From: Azolla caroliniana
Taxonomy: Eukaryota > Plantae > Polypodiophyta
Assembly (NCBI GenBank): GCA_043228905.1
Contig: JBHGNT010000021.1
Span: forward strand, 11,656,001 to 11,720,000
Length of the DNA stretch: 64,000 nucleotides
Reading direction: 5' to 3'
A program made the position numbers and the translations under genes. Shown piece by piece: positions 1-12,476 of this stretch. Each line of letters begins with the position of its first letter. Position 1 is the stretch's first letter. Under the pieces are notes generated by a model, which saw nothing but the letters and a program-made list of their open reading frames with translations, did no database searches and was not told the origin of the DNA.

Positions 1-98
1 ACACAACATATATGTTATTACAATGGTTAAGGGTTCAACACATAAACCAAGATGTCGTGGGTTCGATTCTTGATAACCAAAATGTTGTCTTCATGACA
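1..98 (-). repeat. 3' LTR (partial) of the chromovirus
   Basis: Starts TGTCATGAAGAC on the minus strand, directly after the polypurine tract; matches 5344-5441. Confidence 0.92.
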
Positions 99-139
99 TT
101 ATCCCCCCCTTTCGATGACGAGTTCCACGAGTCGGAAGA

Positions 140-3100
140 CAAGAGTTCGGACTTGGTTTATGGGGATATTTGTCGTGAAATGCAACAGCCATGTTAGAGG
201 CATTAGCAAGATGCTTGGCAGGCTCCCATGTTCGATCATTAGGTGTATAACCTAACTAATCAACCAAATAATATAGTTTGTTGTGGATGATCTTGGAGTC
301 GAGAATACAAGTAACCTCATATTCAAAGCCATTGGAAACTTCGATTGGAGGTGGGGGAGGTGTAAGACGACCCGGAATAGAGCTTGTTGTGTAGGGCTCC
401 AAAAGTGAAACATGGAAGACCGGGTGAAGACGCATATGAGGAGGGAGATCAAGACAAAATGTCACATCATTGATCTTACCAGAGATCATATATGGGTCGA
501 AACGTTGATAATCCAATTTGTAGCAAGGTCGAGTGGTTTTAATGCTACCTTGTAAGAGCCATACACGATCTCCTACTTGAAATGTAGTCGATGAATCGCG
601 CCGATGACGATCAGCAATCTTCTTTTGAGTGTTTTGGGCATCACATAAATGATGCAAAAGTATATCTTGAATTTCTTGGAGTCGAGTGAGCCGATCTTCA
701 GCAGCCAGGTTTTTCGGGAGTTCGGGATGGTCAAACATCGTCCAACGAGGATAGTACCCAATGTTAGCAAAAAATGGGGAATAGCCAGTAGAAGAATGTT
801 CAGAGTTGTTGTAAGCAAATTCTGCCAAATGTAATAAATCCACCCAATCATCTTGTTGATAGTTGACAAAACAACGTAGATATTGTTCAACTGTTTGGTT
901 GGTGCGCTCACTCTACCCATTAGTCTCTAGATGGTAGCCGAAAGAGAGTTTACAAGAAGTATGTAGGAGTTTGAACATGTGCCGCCAAAATTTCGAGATG
1001 AATTGGGGACCCCGATCACTGATAATATTATCCGGAAGACCATGATGGCGAAACACCTCCCGCATGAGTAAATCGGTTGTCTCTTGACTAGTGATGGTCT
1101 TCGTGCATGGAAGGAAATGCGCCATCTTCGTAAAACGATCGACTACCGTGAGAATAGAATCAAATCCCTTGGAAGGTGGAAGATCCGTAATAAAGTCCAA
1201 GGAAATAGATTTCCATGGGCTCTCCGGAATAGGCATTGGCTGTAATAGGCCATATGGATTATGTCGAGGCTTTTTTGATCGGCAACATGTATCACAACTA
1301 CGAACATAATCCATAACAAAATGGCAAAGCCGTGGCCACCAATATCGGCGAGAAATCAACTCAAAAGTCTTGTGGATGCCGAAATGTCCAGCCATTGGCG
1401 TGTCATGACATTGTTGCACGACATTGAGTCGAGAAGGACCGTCAGGCACATACAAGAGAGTTTGTCGAAAAAGCAAACCATCATGCCAATTGAACTGGGT
1501 GTAGTCTAGACGAGGATTTTTAGATTGAGAGCTGGAAGCACGATCTGGGATAATATGACTCAAAACCTCTTGGGCGAATGCATCTGTCGCAATCTGCTCC
1601 CGAATGGAATCAAGAAGCCTTGAATCTCCTGGTGTGTTGATAGTATGTATTGCCATTACTCGAAGACGATCAGGACCTAAGAGGATTTGCTTTTGACTTT
1701 CAAATGCGGCCTCTCCTGGTTGAAGTTCCATATACGAACGTCGAGATAAAGCATCTGCTTTTCCTTATTGCATCCCAGGGCGATATAGAATTACAAAATC
1801 AAAACGAGTTAAGAACTGCGCCCAACGAGCTTGTCGACGATTCAAGACTCGAGCACTTTGGAAGTATGTTAGATTTTTGTGATCATTGAAGACAATAATC
1901 TGTTGAGAAGAACCCTCCAAAAAATGACGCCATTGTTGAAAAGAATCCACAATGGCAAGAAGCTCTTTGTTGTGAATCTCATAGTTGATTTCTGCGGCTT
2001 CAAATTTCCGTGAATGAAAAGCCACAAGGTGCAGTTCGCCATCTTCACCAATCTGGGATAGTATGCTTCCGAGTGCGAAATCAGATGCATCAACTTCAAG
2101 TATAAAGCGCCTCATTGGATCGACATGCATTAAAATTGGTGCAGATGTAAACGCTTGCTTTAAACCCTCAAATGCAGAGTTCGCATCTATACCCCATACA
2201 AGTGGTTGATTCTTGCGCGTTAGTTGAGTGAGGGGCAATACAATCTTTGAATAACCTTTGATGAACTTGCGATAAAAGTTTGTGAACCCCAAAAAGCATT
2301 GTACATCTCGCATAGACTGTGGTGTTTGCCAATCCAAAATTGTTTGAACCTTTGATGGATCCATAGAGATGCCATTTGAAGAGACTATGTACCCCAAAAA
2401 TTCCACTTGACACTGGTCAAAACTACACTTCTCCAATTTTGCATAGAGACCATACTCTCGTAACCGTTGCAAAACTTGGCGAACATGTATCTCATGCTCC
2501 TCTTGAGTTTTTGAGTAGATCAAGATATCATCCAAGTAAACTATGATGAAGATATCGAGGAAGTCTCGAAAAATGTCATTCGCCATATGTTGGAAAACTG
2601 TTGGTGCATTCGTGAGACCAAATGGCATCACTGTATATTCAAAATGACCATAGCAAGTGCGGAATGCGGTCTTCCATTCATCCCCAGGACGAATTCGAAC
2701 AAGGTTGTAGGCACCTCGAAGATTTAACTTTGTGAAATACTTTACTCCACTGAGGCGTTCTAGAAGGCTTGAGATCAATGGTAGAGCATATCGGTTTCTA
2801 ATAGTTACTTTATTCAAGCCCCGATAATCCACGACCATACGAAGCGTACCATCTTTCTTCTTAACGAAAAAGATGGGTGCACCCGCAGGAGATCTTGAAT
2901 GTTGGATAAAACCATTTGCCAGGTTCTCATCTATATATTCTCGAAGAACCTCTAACTTCGTGGGCGAAAGGTTATAAATTGGCCCCCATGGAGGCTCTTT
3001 TCCTGGCTGCAAATCAATTGGGCAATCATAGGGTCGATGCTCAGGTAATCTATTAGCCTTCACCTTATCGAACACATCGGAGAATTCTATGTACTTCTTT

Positions 3101-3696
3101 GGTAATTGGACCACCAATTCTTGTGAGCAAGATGAGGGAGTTGCTAAAACCGCAAACACCATCATGTCTTCCTTCCTTCCATCCTCACGTAACTGATGTA
3201 TAGAGATTGTTGAAATCATGTGGGATCGTAGATCCTTTGTTGGAGTTTCAAGAGACTCGGACTGTACTATGACTTCTTCAATAGTTCTTTTTCTCCAATC
3301 AATAGTTGGGTTATGTAACTCAAACCAAGGAAGACCAAGAACTAGAGAGTGCTCTGGACTACTAATGATGTTGAATGAGATGATACTAGCCAAATTACCT
3401 AGGACTACACGAATTGATTCAGACCCTTCGACTATATCACCTGATGCTATAGAGCGACCATCGATGACTCCTACAGGTACTGGGTTCGGGAGCTTGTTCA
3501 AGATGATGTTTTGGGTCAATGCAAACTCGCAATCCATGAAACAAGAATTGGCTCCAGAATCTAGGAGGGCAGAGGCTAGGACTCGATGACCTGTAGATGT
3601 GCTAAGCTCGACTTGTGCAGAAAAAACTCTACTAACTTGATTTGATGAAATGGAACCACAACTAGGTACAGACTCTACATATCTAGGATGGTCCAA
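140..3696 (-). pseudogene. pol: Chromovirus pol: protease, RT, RNase H, integrase, chromodomain
   Basis: LLDSGA, YLDD, DASD, zinc-finger/DFITDLP/SDRG integrase and EYEV..ILDSK...YYLV chromodomain. ORFs 1765-3696, 913-1731 and 256-843 share one frame and are split by single stops. Confidence 0.93.
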
Positions 3697-3869
3697 CCAA
3701 ATGGCTCCTATTTTGGCCGGACTTATTCATTTAACACATCCTCTAATTGGCTCAAGACATCAAATCTATTCTCATGGCATGGGTTATTAGGCTTAGTAGT
3801 TAAGTTATTAGAAGTGATAGTAGAACTCATGGTAGGGTTGTCATGTGCACTTACTTGGTAAACTTGTCA

Positions 3870-4850
3870 TCTAGGTTTATGTGGACAATTCACAGCAATA
3901 TGTCCTGGACCACCACAATAGAGGCATAGGCGATGCGCCCGACGTCGTTGTTTCTCAACATCTTATAAAGGCCCTCGACGTTGTGTTGACTCTATTTCCA
4001 TCGGAGTGGGACCATCCCTCGTAACAGGTCTGGGAACTTGTGGCAGTGTTGCGACTATTGAAGCATACGTCTGTTCCGGTTGACGGCGTAGCATTTGTTG
4101 ACGTTCAGAACGTCGCTCAAATAGGCGATTATCACATCGCACAGCTCGACTAATGGCCTCTGTAAGAGACTTTGGATCTTCGTGGAAAGTAACAAGAAGA
4201 TCTTTGACATCGTTACGCAAACCCTGACGAAATTGATCCATTAAGGCTGCCTCATCCCAAGGGATGTCACATGCCAAGAGATGGAAATCTGCTGCGTAGG
4301 TTGAAGCAGGACGATCTCCTTGTCGGAGTCTTCGAATCTTGTTTATTGCCATTCTAGTGCTATCTGTGTCTCCAAAACTAGCTTGAAACTCTTTAACGAA
4401 TGCCTCGAAATCCTCCAACAATGGTGATTTCTTCTCTAGAAGTGGTGCAAACCATACTAATGCGGTACCGCTTAGCAAGGTTCCTATTAATCCCACACGA
4501 GCAGCATCAGTTGGGTACCGATTGGGATGTAACTGAATCACCAAACGGACTTGATTCAGGAAACCTCGAAACAAAGATCGCGTACCATCAAACTTGGTAG
4601 GGAGGCTAATCTTTGGTTCCCTTGGGGAGTTTTGAACCCCCGCCACTTGTTCTCGTAATGTTAATATAGTAGCCTCGAGTTGATGAACCCATTGTGATAA
4701 CTCCTCATATTGATGAGCTTTCTCGGTACTCACTTGTTGTAAATCCCCGAGTAGCCTATGATTTTCTTGCTCTAATGCCACAAACTTAGTCGTGAGCATG
4801 TCGAGCTCAGAAAGGACATGCATATACTCTTGCTTGCTGACGGAGTCCAT
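3870..4850 (-). pseudogene. gag: Chromovirus gag with CCHC zinc knuckle
   Basis: PEG10/Rtl-like gag (PTKFDG, LRQG, PTPMEI). CLYCGGPGHIAVNC continues in frame past a TAA at 3963. Confidence 0.9.
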
Positions 4851-4921
4851 AACTGAGGGAGAAAAAGAAAGAAGGGAAAAGAAGAAAGCTTGCTAGGTTT
4901 ATTGGAAAAGGAAACAGAAAG

Positions 4922-4932
4922 ATTCGGTTCAA
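4922..4932 (-). other. Self-priming primer-binding site (Tf1 type)
   Basis: TTGAACCGAAT lies 2 nt inside the LTR end and is an exact complement of 5146-5156 in the LTR; no TGG tRNA-type PBS is present. Confidence 0.82.
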
Positions 4933-4934
4933 AT

Positions 4935-5003
4935 TGTCGAGACTCGTGGGTAGAAGATAGAGTGAGAGCGAGAGCGAAAGAGAGAGGGTGTGTGTGTGTG
5001 TGC

Positions 5004-5045
<42 letters not shown>

Positions 5046-5441
5046 GTGAGAGAGAGAGAGAGAGAGATAAGACTTGAAATAGGAATGAGATTATATTATG
5101 ATGAAACAAGATTACAATGAGTAAGCTAAGGGCTAAAGACTGGTGTTGAACCGAATGAGTTGAAACGAATGTATAGACAGTTATTTATAGGTCCTTATGG
5201 AGTAATCTAGAATGTTCTAGAATATTTTAGATTTTATGATAAGAAATATAATCATGAAATATTAAAGGATGTTCTACAATAATCTAAAATGTTCTAGAAT
5301 ATTCTAATATCTTGTAATAACTAGAAACATAATTATTATAATCACACAACATATATGTTATTACAATGGTTAAGGGTTCAACACATAAACCAAGATGTCG
5401 TGGGTTCGATTCTTGATAACCAAAATGTTATCTTCATGACA
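4935..5441 (-). repeat. 5' LTR of the chromovirus (507 bp, TGTCA...CGACA)
   Basis: TG/CA termini, adjacent PBS, TATA box, and match to the 3' LTR. Confidence 0.85.
5182..5305 (-). promoter_or_regulatory. LTR promoter: TATA box (5182-5189) plus two heat-shock-element arrays
   Basis: TATAAATA on the minus strand; GAAtgTTCtaGAAtaTTT at 5210-5227; TTCtaGAAtaTTC at 5292-5304. Confidence 0.7.
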
Positions 5442-5907
5442 CAGGCCCGGTGAGGAGTGCTCACCGGATGAAGGGACATATTCGAAAATATGTTTCTGAG
5501 AGTCCATTGGGGCTATATTTGTAAATAGCCGAAAAGTCATATTAGTATAAATATGACTTAGGGCAAACTTAGTGCGTAGCTGTTGTCATTCTTGTTGGTG
5601 CAAGATTTTAGTGTAACCGTGTATAGAGAGAGAGTGTGTGTGAGAGACGAAGAGGACGTTGTCCCTGTTGTAACCGCCGCCTGTGGCGAAGACAGTGAAC
5701 AAGAGGTCGTTGCCTCTGTGTTCATCTATTGTATATTGTAACATAGTGATAGTTTGCAGTCTGTGGACTACCGTGGTTTTCCACATAAACATCCTGTGTA
5801 CTCTTCTCTTTACTGTGTCGTGCGTACATTACCTGTTTATCTGTGTTTGATCCTAGACTCGGTTGTGGCCGAGCGTTGTTTTCGGAGCGTGTAGTCCTTT
5901 CACGACA
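5442..5907 (+). mobile_element. Right part of a copia LTR (probably solo), interrupted by the chromovirus
   Basis: Shares blocks such as ggctatatttgtaaatagcc and agtataaatatgacttagggcaa with the LTR at 30547-31098; ends ACGACA with no PBS after it. Confidence 0.75.
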
Positions 5908-6405
5908 TTCCCTTATTCTATAAATCAGTGTAAGTGTGTATCACAATGTTCTACTTCAAATTGTAATTATTTACAATTATGCCTTCATAGATTTAGGAAT
6001 CTTCTACAATTATCATACTCATGATAGGTTTCTCTTTTCTTCATTTTCTTCTTCTTCTTCTTCTATCTACTGTGATTATCACACTCAGGATAGGTTTATG
6101 TCTTCTTTTCTCTCTTCTTCTTCTTCTTCTTCATCTTCTTCATCGTCTCTCTTCTATTCTTCTTTCTTCCTTCCTTTGGCTTCTTTTTCACTAAAATCTT
6201 TTTTTCTTTTGCTTTTTGTTAGGGTTTTACTTACATTTTCTTTATAAATACGTATTATACCTATTTTTTTATAAATACGTTAAATACCGTATTGGAAAAA
6301 TGTACATGATATTTGACTGAACAACATTGAGGTATAGTAGTACTATACAAATGATGAGGTACTATACGTATTTAAACGTTAAATACGGGTACGTAAACAA
6401 CCATG
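5908..6405. mobile_element. Right end of a putative non-autonomous hAT-type element
   Basis: Ends ...ACAACCATG with ATACG/ACGTA subterminal repeats, like the three complete MITEs in the window; abuts gypsy protease sequence. The left end is not visible. Confidence 0.5.
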
Positions 6406-9140
6406 GATCGGAGACGTGCAGGAGCCGGTGGTGGCATTGGTAGACCATGGTTCGGAGATCAACCTGATGTCCATGGACTTCTACAAGAAGGGTAAGTGGC
6501 CGATCAACGCCAAGCACGGGTGGAAAATACAAGCGATGACGCGTGCCACGGAGGAACTACACGGGGCCTACCCAAATGTACGAGTGAAGGTCGGCGATGT
6601 CGAGATTGATCAGCACTTCTTCGTGCAGGAGACATCCTTGCACCCAGTGATCCTCGGCGAACCGTACATCACGGCAGCACGCATGGAGACGAAGGTGTTG
6701 GATAACGGTTCGGCGTATGCCCGAGTGAAGAGCCAAGATGGGCGGCACTCCTTCCGATTTCTAACGGTGTGATCGAACCACGAGTGCAACCGCGAGACCC
6801 TCGGCAGCAAAGGTCGAGGGGATTTTTAGAGAGGGCTATCAAGGCATGGGGTCGCAATAGTCTGGACACCCCGAAAAAACCCCACAAGTGTACCATAGGA
6901 AGGAAACCCTGTACTATATAGACAGGAAATTTAGGTTCTCCGACAACAGAGGCTGTACAATAACCGGCATTAGCAGCCGGGAGAAGAAGCGGGCGGAGGA
7001 ACGTCTCAGGGCGTGCAAAGTCCTAGGCCCCGACGAAGTGATAGGCAGCGTCGTGGAGGCGGTCTCTTTCGACAACACCTTGGGAGATCTAAGGAACGTG
7101 CTCGAAGAAGGCCTCAATGAAGACCTAACGATTCTAGTTAGTTCGGAACGGATGTACGAAGTCATCGCCGACTTCGAGAAAGGGGTCAAGTCGAATCAGA
7201 CGACCCGTGTGGATACAAGGTACAAGACTGTGGACCGAAAGGTGAGGCCAATCGTGGCACCCTTGCCGGAGGGCAGCGAGTTACGGATGAAAGGGGTCGC
7301 GTCGAACCCAAGTTTACGAGATCCGGCCGGCATAGGACACCGGTTCACCGAAATAACGCTACGGGAGCTCAAGGTCGGTGGGGGTGGCTTTCTACTACCA
7401 GTGGAGGAGGAACAATTTCGAAGAATGCTCGGGAGGCACGAGAAGTCCTTCGCATTCTCGCCGGAGGAGATCGGGTGCGTAGACCCGACTGTCGTTGAAC
7501 CAATGGTTATCTTCACGGTACCACATGTACCGTGGAATCTCAAGCCAATTCCAGTACCCAGAGCTCACATCCCGAAGTTAATGGAGTTGCTGAAGCAGAA
7601 GGTGAAGATGGGCATCCTCGAGCTATTGAGTGCCCCGTATTCAAATCGGTAGTTTACCATGCCGAAGAAGAACGGCACATTACGCTTTATTAAGGACCTG
7701 CAGCCGGTCAACAAGGTCACCATTCAAAACGTCGAAATCGGACCGACCATTGACGAGTTCGCGGAGGCCTTCGCCGGAAGGTCGATTTACTCGGTCGGGG
7801 ATCTGTACTCGGGGTACGACCAATTCCAACTAGTCGTAGAGAGTAGGGATATTACGATGATCCGGACTCCCCTCAGCCTAGTGTGGGTGTGTACCCTTCC
7901 GCGAGGGACGAACTCAGTAGCGCACATGGTGAATGCGATGAATAAGGTGCTAAGAGACTGTATCCCGAACATTACCATGCCCTTCTTGGACGACATCCCG
8001 ATCAAGGGATGTCCGGTGGAAGATAGGGACGAAACGATTGGATCAGGTGGGTGTCAGAAATTTGTTGTGGACCACATCGGCAATTGCGAGAAGGTGCTAC
8101 AAAGGCTGGACGGCACGTGGCTCACCTTCTCTGGGGAGAAATCGGCTTTCAGACAATCGGAAATCATGGTCGTCGGACACTTGTGCAGGCCAGGCCTTAT
8201 GGCCGGAAACCGTCTCCAACCAAGGTAGAAGCCATCTCCGCGATGAAGGAAGACTACAAGTCGATTACGGAAGTCCGGAGGTTCTTGGGAGCTTGCACGT
8301 TCTACCACATCTGCATACCGCATTACGCCCACATCGTGGAGCCACTCTACGGGTTGTTGAAGAAAGGTCGCATATTCGAGTGGAGCGGGGAGCATACAGA
8401 GTCGGTCCGAAAAATGAAGGAAGCGCTTGTCGCGGCACCGACGCTCTAGAAAGCGGTTTACGAAAAGGATGTTCCGATTTTTGTAACCATAGACATGAGT
8501 CCGATCAGGATAGGATGGGTGATCAACTAGGAGGATGAGAACGGTGCGAGGTTCCCCATTCGGTTCGGTGCGAAAGTACTCAGCTAGCGACAACGAGGAT
8601 ACGCCCAGGTTAAACGCAAACTCTGGGGTATCATTTCGGCGGTCAAGGCCGACAGAGACTACCTGATCGAGACAGAGGTGATAATAGAGACGGATTGTCT
8701 ACCGATCCTCGGTATGGTTTCCGGATGCGCGACACCGAACCTGGCGATGCTCAGGTGGATCGCGTACATTAACTCCCTAGACCCAGAGATACGACACATT
8801 TCCGAGAAGAGCAACACCACGGTCAACATGCTTTTGAGAGAGAGGTTTGATGAAATAGGCCGCGGCTCCTGCCTTATGCATTGTGGGCGGACCGAACTAT
8901 GCACAGTTCGGTAACCGGGTTCATGCCGGCAAAGCTGATGTACGGGCAGAAGCCGATCATGCCGATGGAGTGAACGATCTCCTCATGGGCCACGGTGGGC
9001 TAGAGAGACGAGATGAGCCGGGAGGAGTTGTTAGCAACACGAATCTGACAACTCGAGCGAAGACCAGAGGACGTGGAACAAGAAACGGCGAAGCTGCGTG
9101 TGGCGAGGGCATGGAACAAGGGGCAATTCGACCGGATTTC
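6406..9140 (+). pseudogene. pol: Ty3/gypsy pol relic A of the tRNA-Trp-primed family
   Basis: VDHGSEIN protease, YKTVDRKVRP, PFLDDIPIKG RT, RNase H (ETDCLPILG), deleted integrase; stops and frameshifts. Confidence 0.88.
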
Positions 9141-10597
9141 TAAGGCAGGACCACAGGGGCCCTAGACCGAGGAGTGCACGAAACAGGGAGGGGAAGAGAG
9201 CAAAAGCAGCGAGCCAACGATTACCGGCTACATACGAGTAGCTAAACGAGGACCGGCATGCAGTGCTCACCGGACCAAACGAAAACACAACTAGCTCTCA
9301 CCGGCTCACCGGATACACAACAGCATACAAAGAACAAACAGGGGCGCGCTCCAAACCAGTTACGAGACAACTACAAGTTAGAGAGCACACAGATACACCG
9401 GGAGACGACAACTCATAGAATTGATTCAACCTAATAAGTGATTACAATGCTCCCAAGACTACAATCGGCACGACAGTGACCGACCAAACACACACCCACG
9501 CACACACACCGAAACACCCAGTGGAGCCCCTGTTGGAAGCACTCAGGCTTCTCTCGCGAGCAGAGGCGACCGACCAAAATCTGCAGAGATCAACGAGAAT
9601 GAGGAGAACAATGCTCGATTCCCAGTCCGACAACACTTCGTCCTCGCCAAAAACGTGATTCCCTTTCAGCCTTCTCCCCTTCCTCTTTATAGCCGTCGGG
9701 GAGGTTCTGTCACATCCTATTTACATCGTGTTTATTCTCTGTCCCTTCGAGCAGAGATACACATCGATTTTGTAGCTAATAAATACGGTGTCGAGAAGAA
9801 AACCGTCCCGAAGCGGAATCCGGGAATAGTGTGCATGAACCGACCATTACACGCGGGCACAAAGTTTGATGTATTGTACATAGTTAGGTACAAACCGGCC
9901 GATGCAAATATCATAAGTAGCGCGTATTCATTAGGTGGGAAATCGAGGAGTATCTCTGTCCGAAAGGACAAAGAATAATGGTGGTGTGACCTGTTCTAAC
10001 GTCTCTCCCTCCTTGGGCTATAAAAGAGAGGGAAAGGGGTAGAGTCAGGGATCACGTTCTGGGGAGGACGAAGTGTTGTCGGACCGGGACCGAGCTCTTC
10101 TCCTCTGTCTTTTTCTGTTGTTGCTCTCTGCATGTTTTCGGGAGGCTGCCTCTGCTTCATGGATAGCCCGAGTGCTTCCAGTAGAGTCTCCATCTCGCGT
10201 TTCTGTGTGTGCGTGTGAGTGTTAGGGCGTTGTCGCTCACCGGCTTGCCGGTTGTAACCGTAATCATATATATATATATGTATGTATGTATTCGTCTTGT
10301 TTTCCGTTGTTGAATCAGTTGTGAGCTCTGTGTATTGGAGTGTGTGTGTGGCTCGGCCATTGTTCCTGTGTCGCTCCTCCCTCTATTTGGTTATTCCTCC
10401 ATTCAAGGCCCCCACGGTCCCGCCTTAGTCTCTCCCGCACAAGCGGGACAACACGACAATGTTCTACCTAGTATATTTACATCAGGCCGACCTATTCCTA
10501 GTTATGTACAAACTTGTCAATTTACACGTCCACATGTAAAGGTCGGTTCACCTGCTTTATCCACCAATTCCTCTTAAGGCCGGTTTTCTTCACAACA
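9141..10597 (-). mobile_element. Truncated LTR of the Trp-primed gypsy family
   Basis: Shares blocks with LTR 32077-32811 (gagcagagg..accgaccaaaatc, ttattctctgtcccttcgagcagagatac); ends CACAACA. Confidence 0.7.
9789..10458 (+). mobile_element. Solo LTR of the same family nested in the opposite orientation
   Basis: TGTCGAG...ACGACA termini, TATAAAA near 10018, flanks ACGG/ATGT. Confidence 0.65.
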
Positions 10598-10650
10598 ACG
10601 GTCTACTAAAGAAGAAGTGGAGGTTCGAATGGACGAGCGAGCATACTTTT

Positions 10651-11321
10651 TGTTGGGAATATGTCCCTCCAGTGGGAGGAAGAGTTGACTGTTCGGAAAG
10701 CCGACTGTCGAAGGGTCAAAAATAGTGATTCGATTGTTTGAGAATTCGACTGTTATTATTATTATGGTAATAATAATGATGATGTTAGGAAACAGATCAC
10801 TCCGGATGGGGAGAGAGAGGAGCCGAGTTAATAAGGGACTTGGCTGAGGCCGAAACCAGAATCGTGTATATAGCCAACTCGGGAGACTCTACTTGTAAAT
10901 AGTCTCAATGTGCGCCCCATGAGGGCTAGGTATGTAAATAGCTAGAAAGTTGTGTAAGTATATATGCAACTAGGGCAAACTTTAATATATAGAATAGATA
11001 GAGAACAAAAGTTAGAGATTTATTGTGCGTGTGTGCAGAGTGAGAGAGAGGTGTGTGAGCCACGCCATAGTTGTGTGAGTAACAGCAAACACGAAGAGCC
11101 CTGTGTGGCTGATCCACTCATAAGAGTGTTGTAATCCTCTTTGTTGTTGTATATCCACGGTCTATAGTGAAGATCTGTTCCCGTGGTTTTCCCCGCTTTA
11201 GGGTTTCCACGTAAATCTCTGTGCATAGTTATTTGAACTTGTCTTTGTGGCATCCTTGTGTGATTCGTATTTCAGCGCGTAGTTCATATATTTTGATTTG
11301 ACCAAACGATTTCTTTCAACA
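10651..11321 (+). mobile_element. Solo LTR, copia-like (671 bp)
   Basis: TGTTGG...TTCAACA with a perfect 5-bp TSD CTTTT (10646-10650 / 11322-11326). Confidence 0.88.
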
Positions 11322-12476
11322 CTTTTGCCATCCGAAGGCTGAAGAAATTATTGATGGAGGCACCTGCATTACGGAAGGCGGACTATTCAAACGGCAAGCC
11401 CATTTTCATGACCCCAGTCCGACCGGAATTGGATGGGTTATCAACCAAGAAGACGAAGATTGCAACCGATATGCAATTTGGTTTGGTGCGAAAGTGTTAA
11501 GTGATAGGCAAAGAAGGTATGCCCAAGTGAAGAGGGAGCTATGGGAAATCGTATCGGTGATCAAGTCTGATCGTGACTACCTTATTGGAGCAGAAGTCAT
11601 AATCGAGAAGGATTGCCTACCAATCTTGGGTATGATATCTGGTTGTAGTACACCAAATATTGCCATGCTACATTGGATTGCATATATCAAATCACTCAAC
11701 CCGAAGATCCGTCATGTAGCTGGAAAATATAATGTCGTTGCAGACATGCTATCACGAGCAAGATACAACGGAGAAGAAGATCGACATTCTGATGAAGAGG
11801 ATGTTGGCTTGGATTTCTTTACAAGTTCCTACGCTCGGGTGCTAACTACTTTCATAGAAGAGGACTACGAAGGCGAATTCGTGGAGATCGGGAAATACTT
11901 GAGTTCTCTCCAAAAAGATGAATCATGATCGATAGAAGACTTCCACTAAATTCGGAAGAAGGCGTACAAGTATTTCCTTAAGGATGGATCTCTTTGGAGG
12001 CATGCAAAAAAGAAGAATGGAACTTTGATGAGAGTTATCTACAAGCTAGAAGACCGACAAAAACTAATGTCTAAATTTCATGATAGTGTTTTTGCAGGCC
12101 ATCGAGGAATATGGGCTACATTCGCGAAGCTTAAGGAGAAATATTGGTGGCCGGGCATCTACAAAGATGTAGTAGCTTATGTGGAAACATGTAAGGAATG
12201 TCAAATGTTTTCGAATGTTCGTCATCGAGATGAACTTCATCCAACTTACCCGTTGGCTATGCATTACAAGTGGATGATAGACATTGTAATGATGCCAATG
12301 GGGCGATGGTAGATGAAGTATCTTGTGCTCGCGAGAGAGGATCTTACCAATCAAGTTGAAGGGCAAGCATTGAGAACTAAGCAGACATCATCAGTATGCA
12401 GATTCCTTCTTGAAGATGTTATTTTCAGATATGGATGTGTCGGCAAGATAGTGGTTGATAGAGTCGAGCTGGACGT

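Larger units (their letters stand above)
1..5441 (-). mobile_element. Ty3/gypsy chromovirus (Tcn1/Tf1-sushi-like), near full length, inactivated by in-frame stops; 3' LTR runs off the window
   Basis: 1-98 is nearly identical to 5344-5441 (LTR pair). PPT at 99-112. gag-PR-RT-RH-IN-chromodomain order on the minus strand. Confidence 0.93.

Noticed and set aside
14-79. Functional tRNA gene
   Set aside because: Too short, and the anticodon and acceptor arms do not pair properly; kept only as a tRNA-like segment.
9785-10601. TIR element 9789-10597 with inverted ends and ACGG direct flanks
   Set aside because: Better explained as two related LTRs nested in opposite orientation; ACGG fits the family's apparent target preference.
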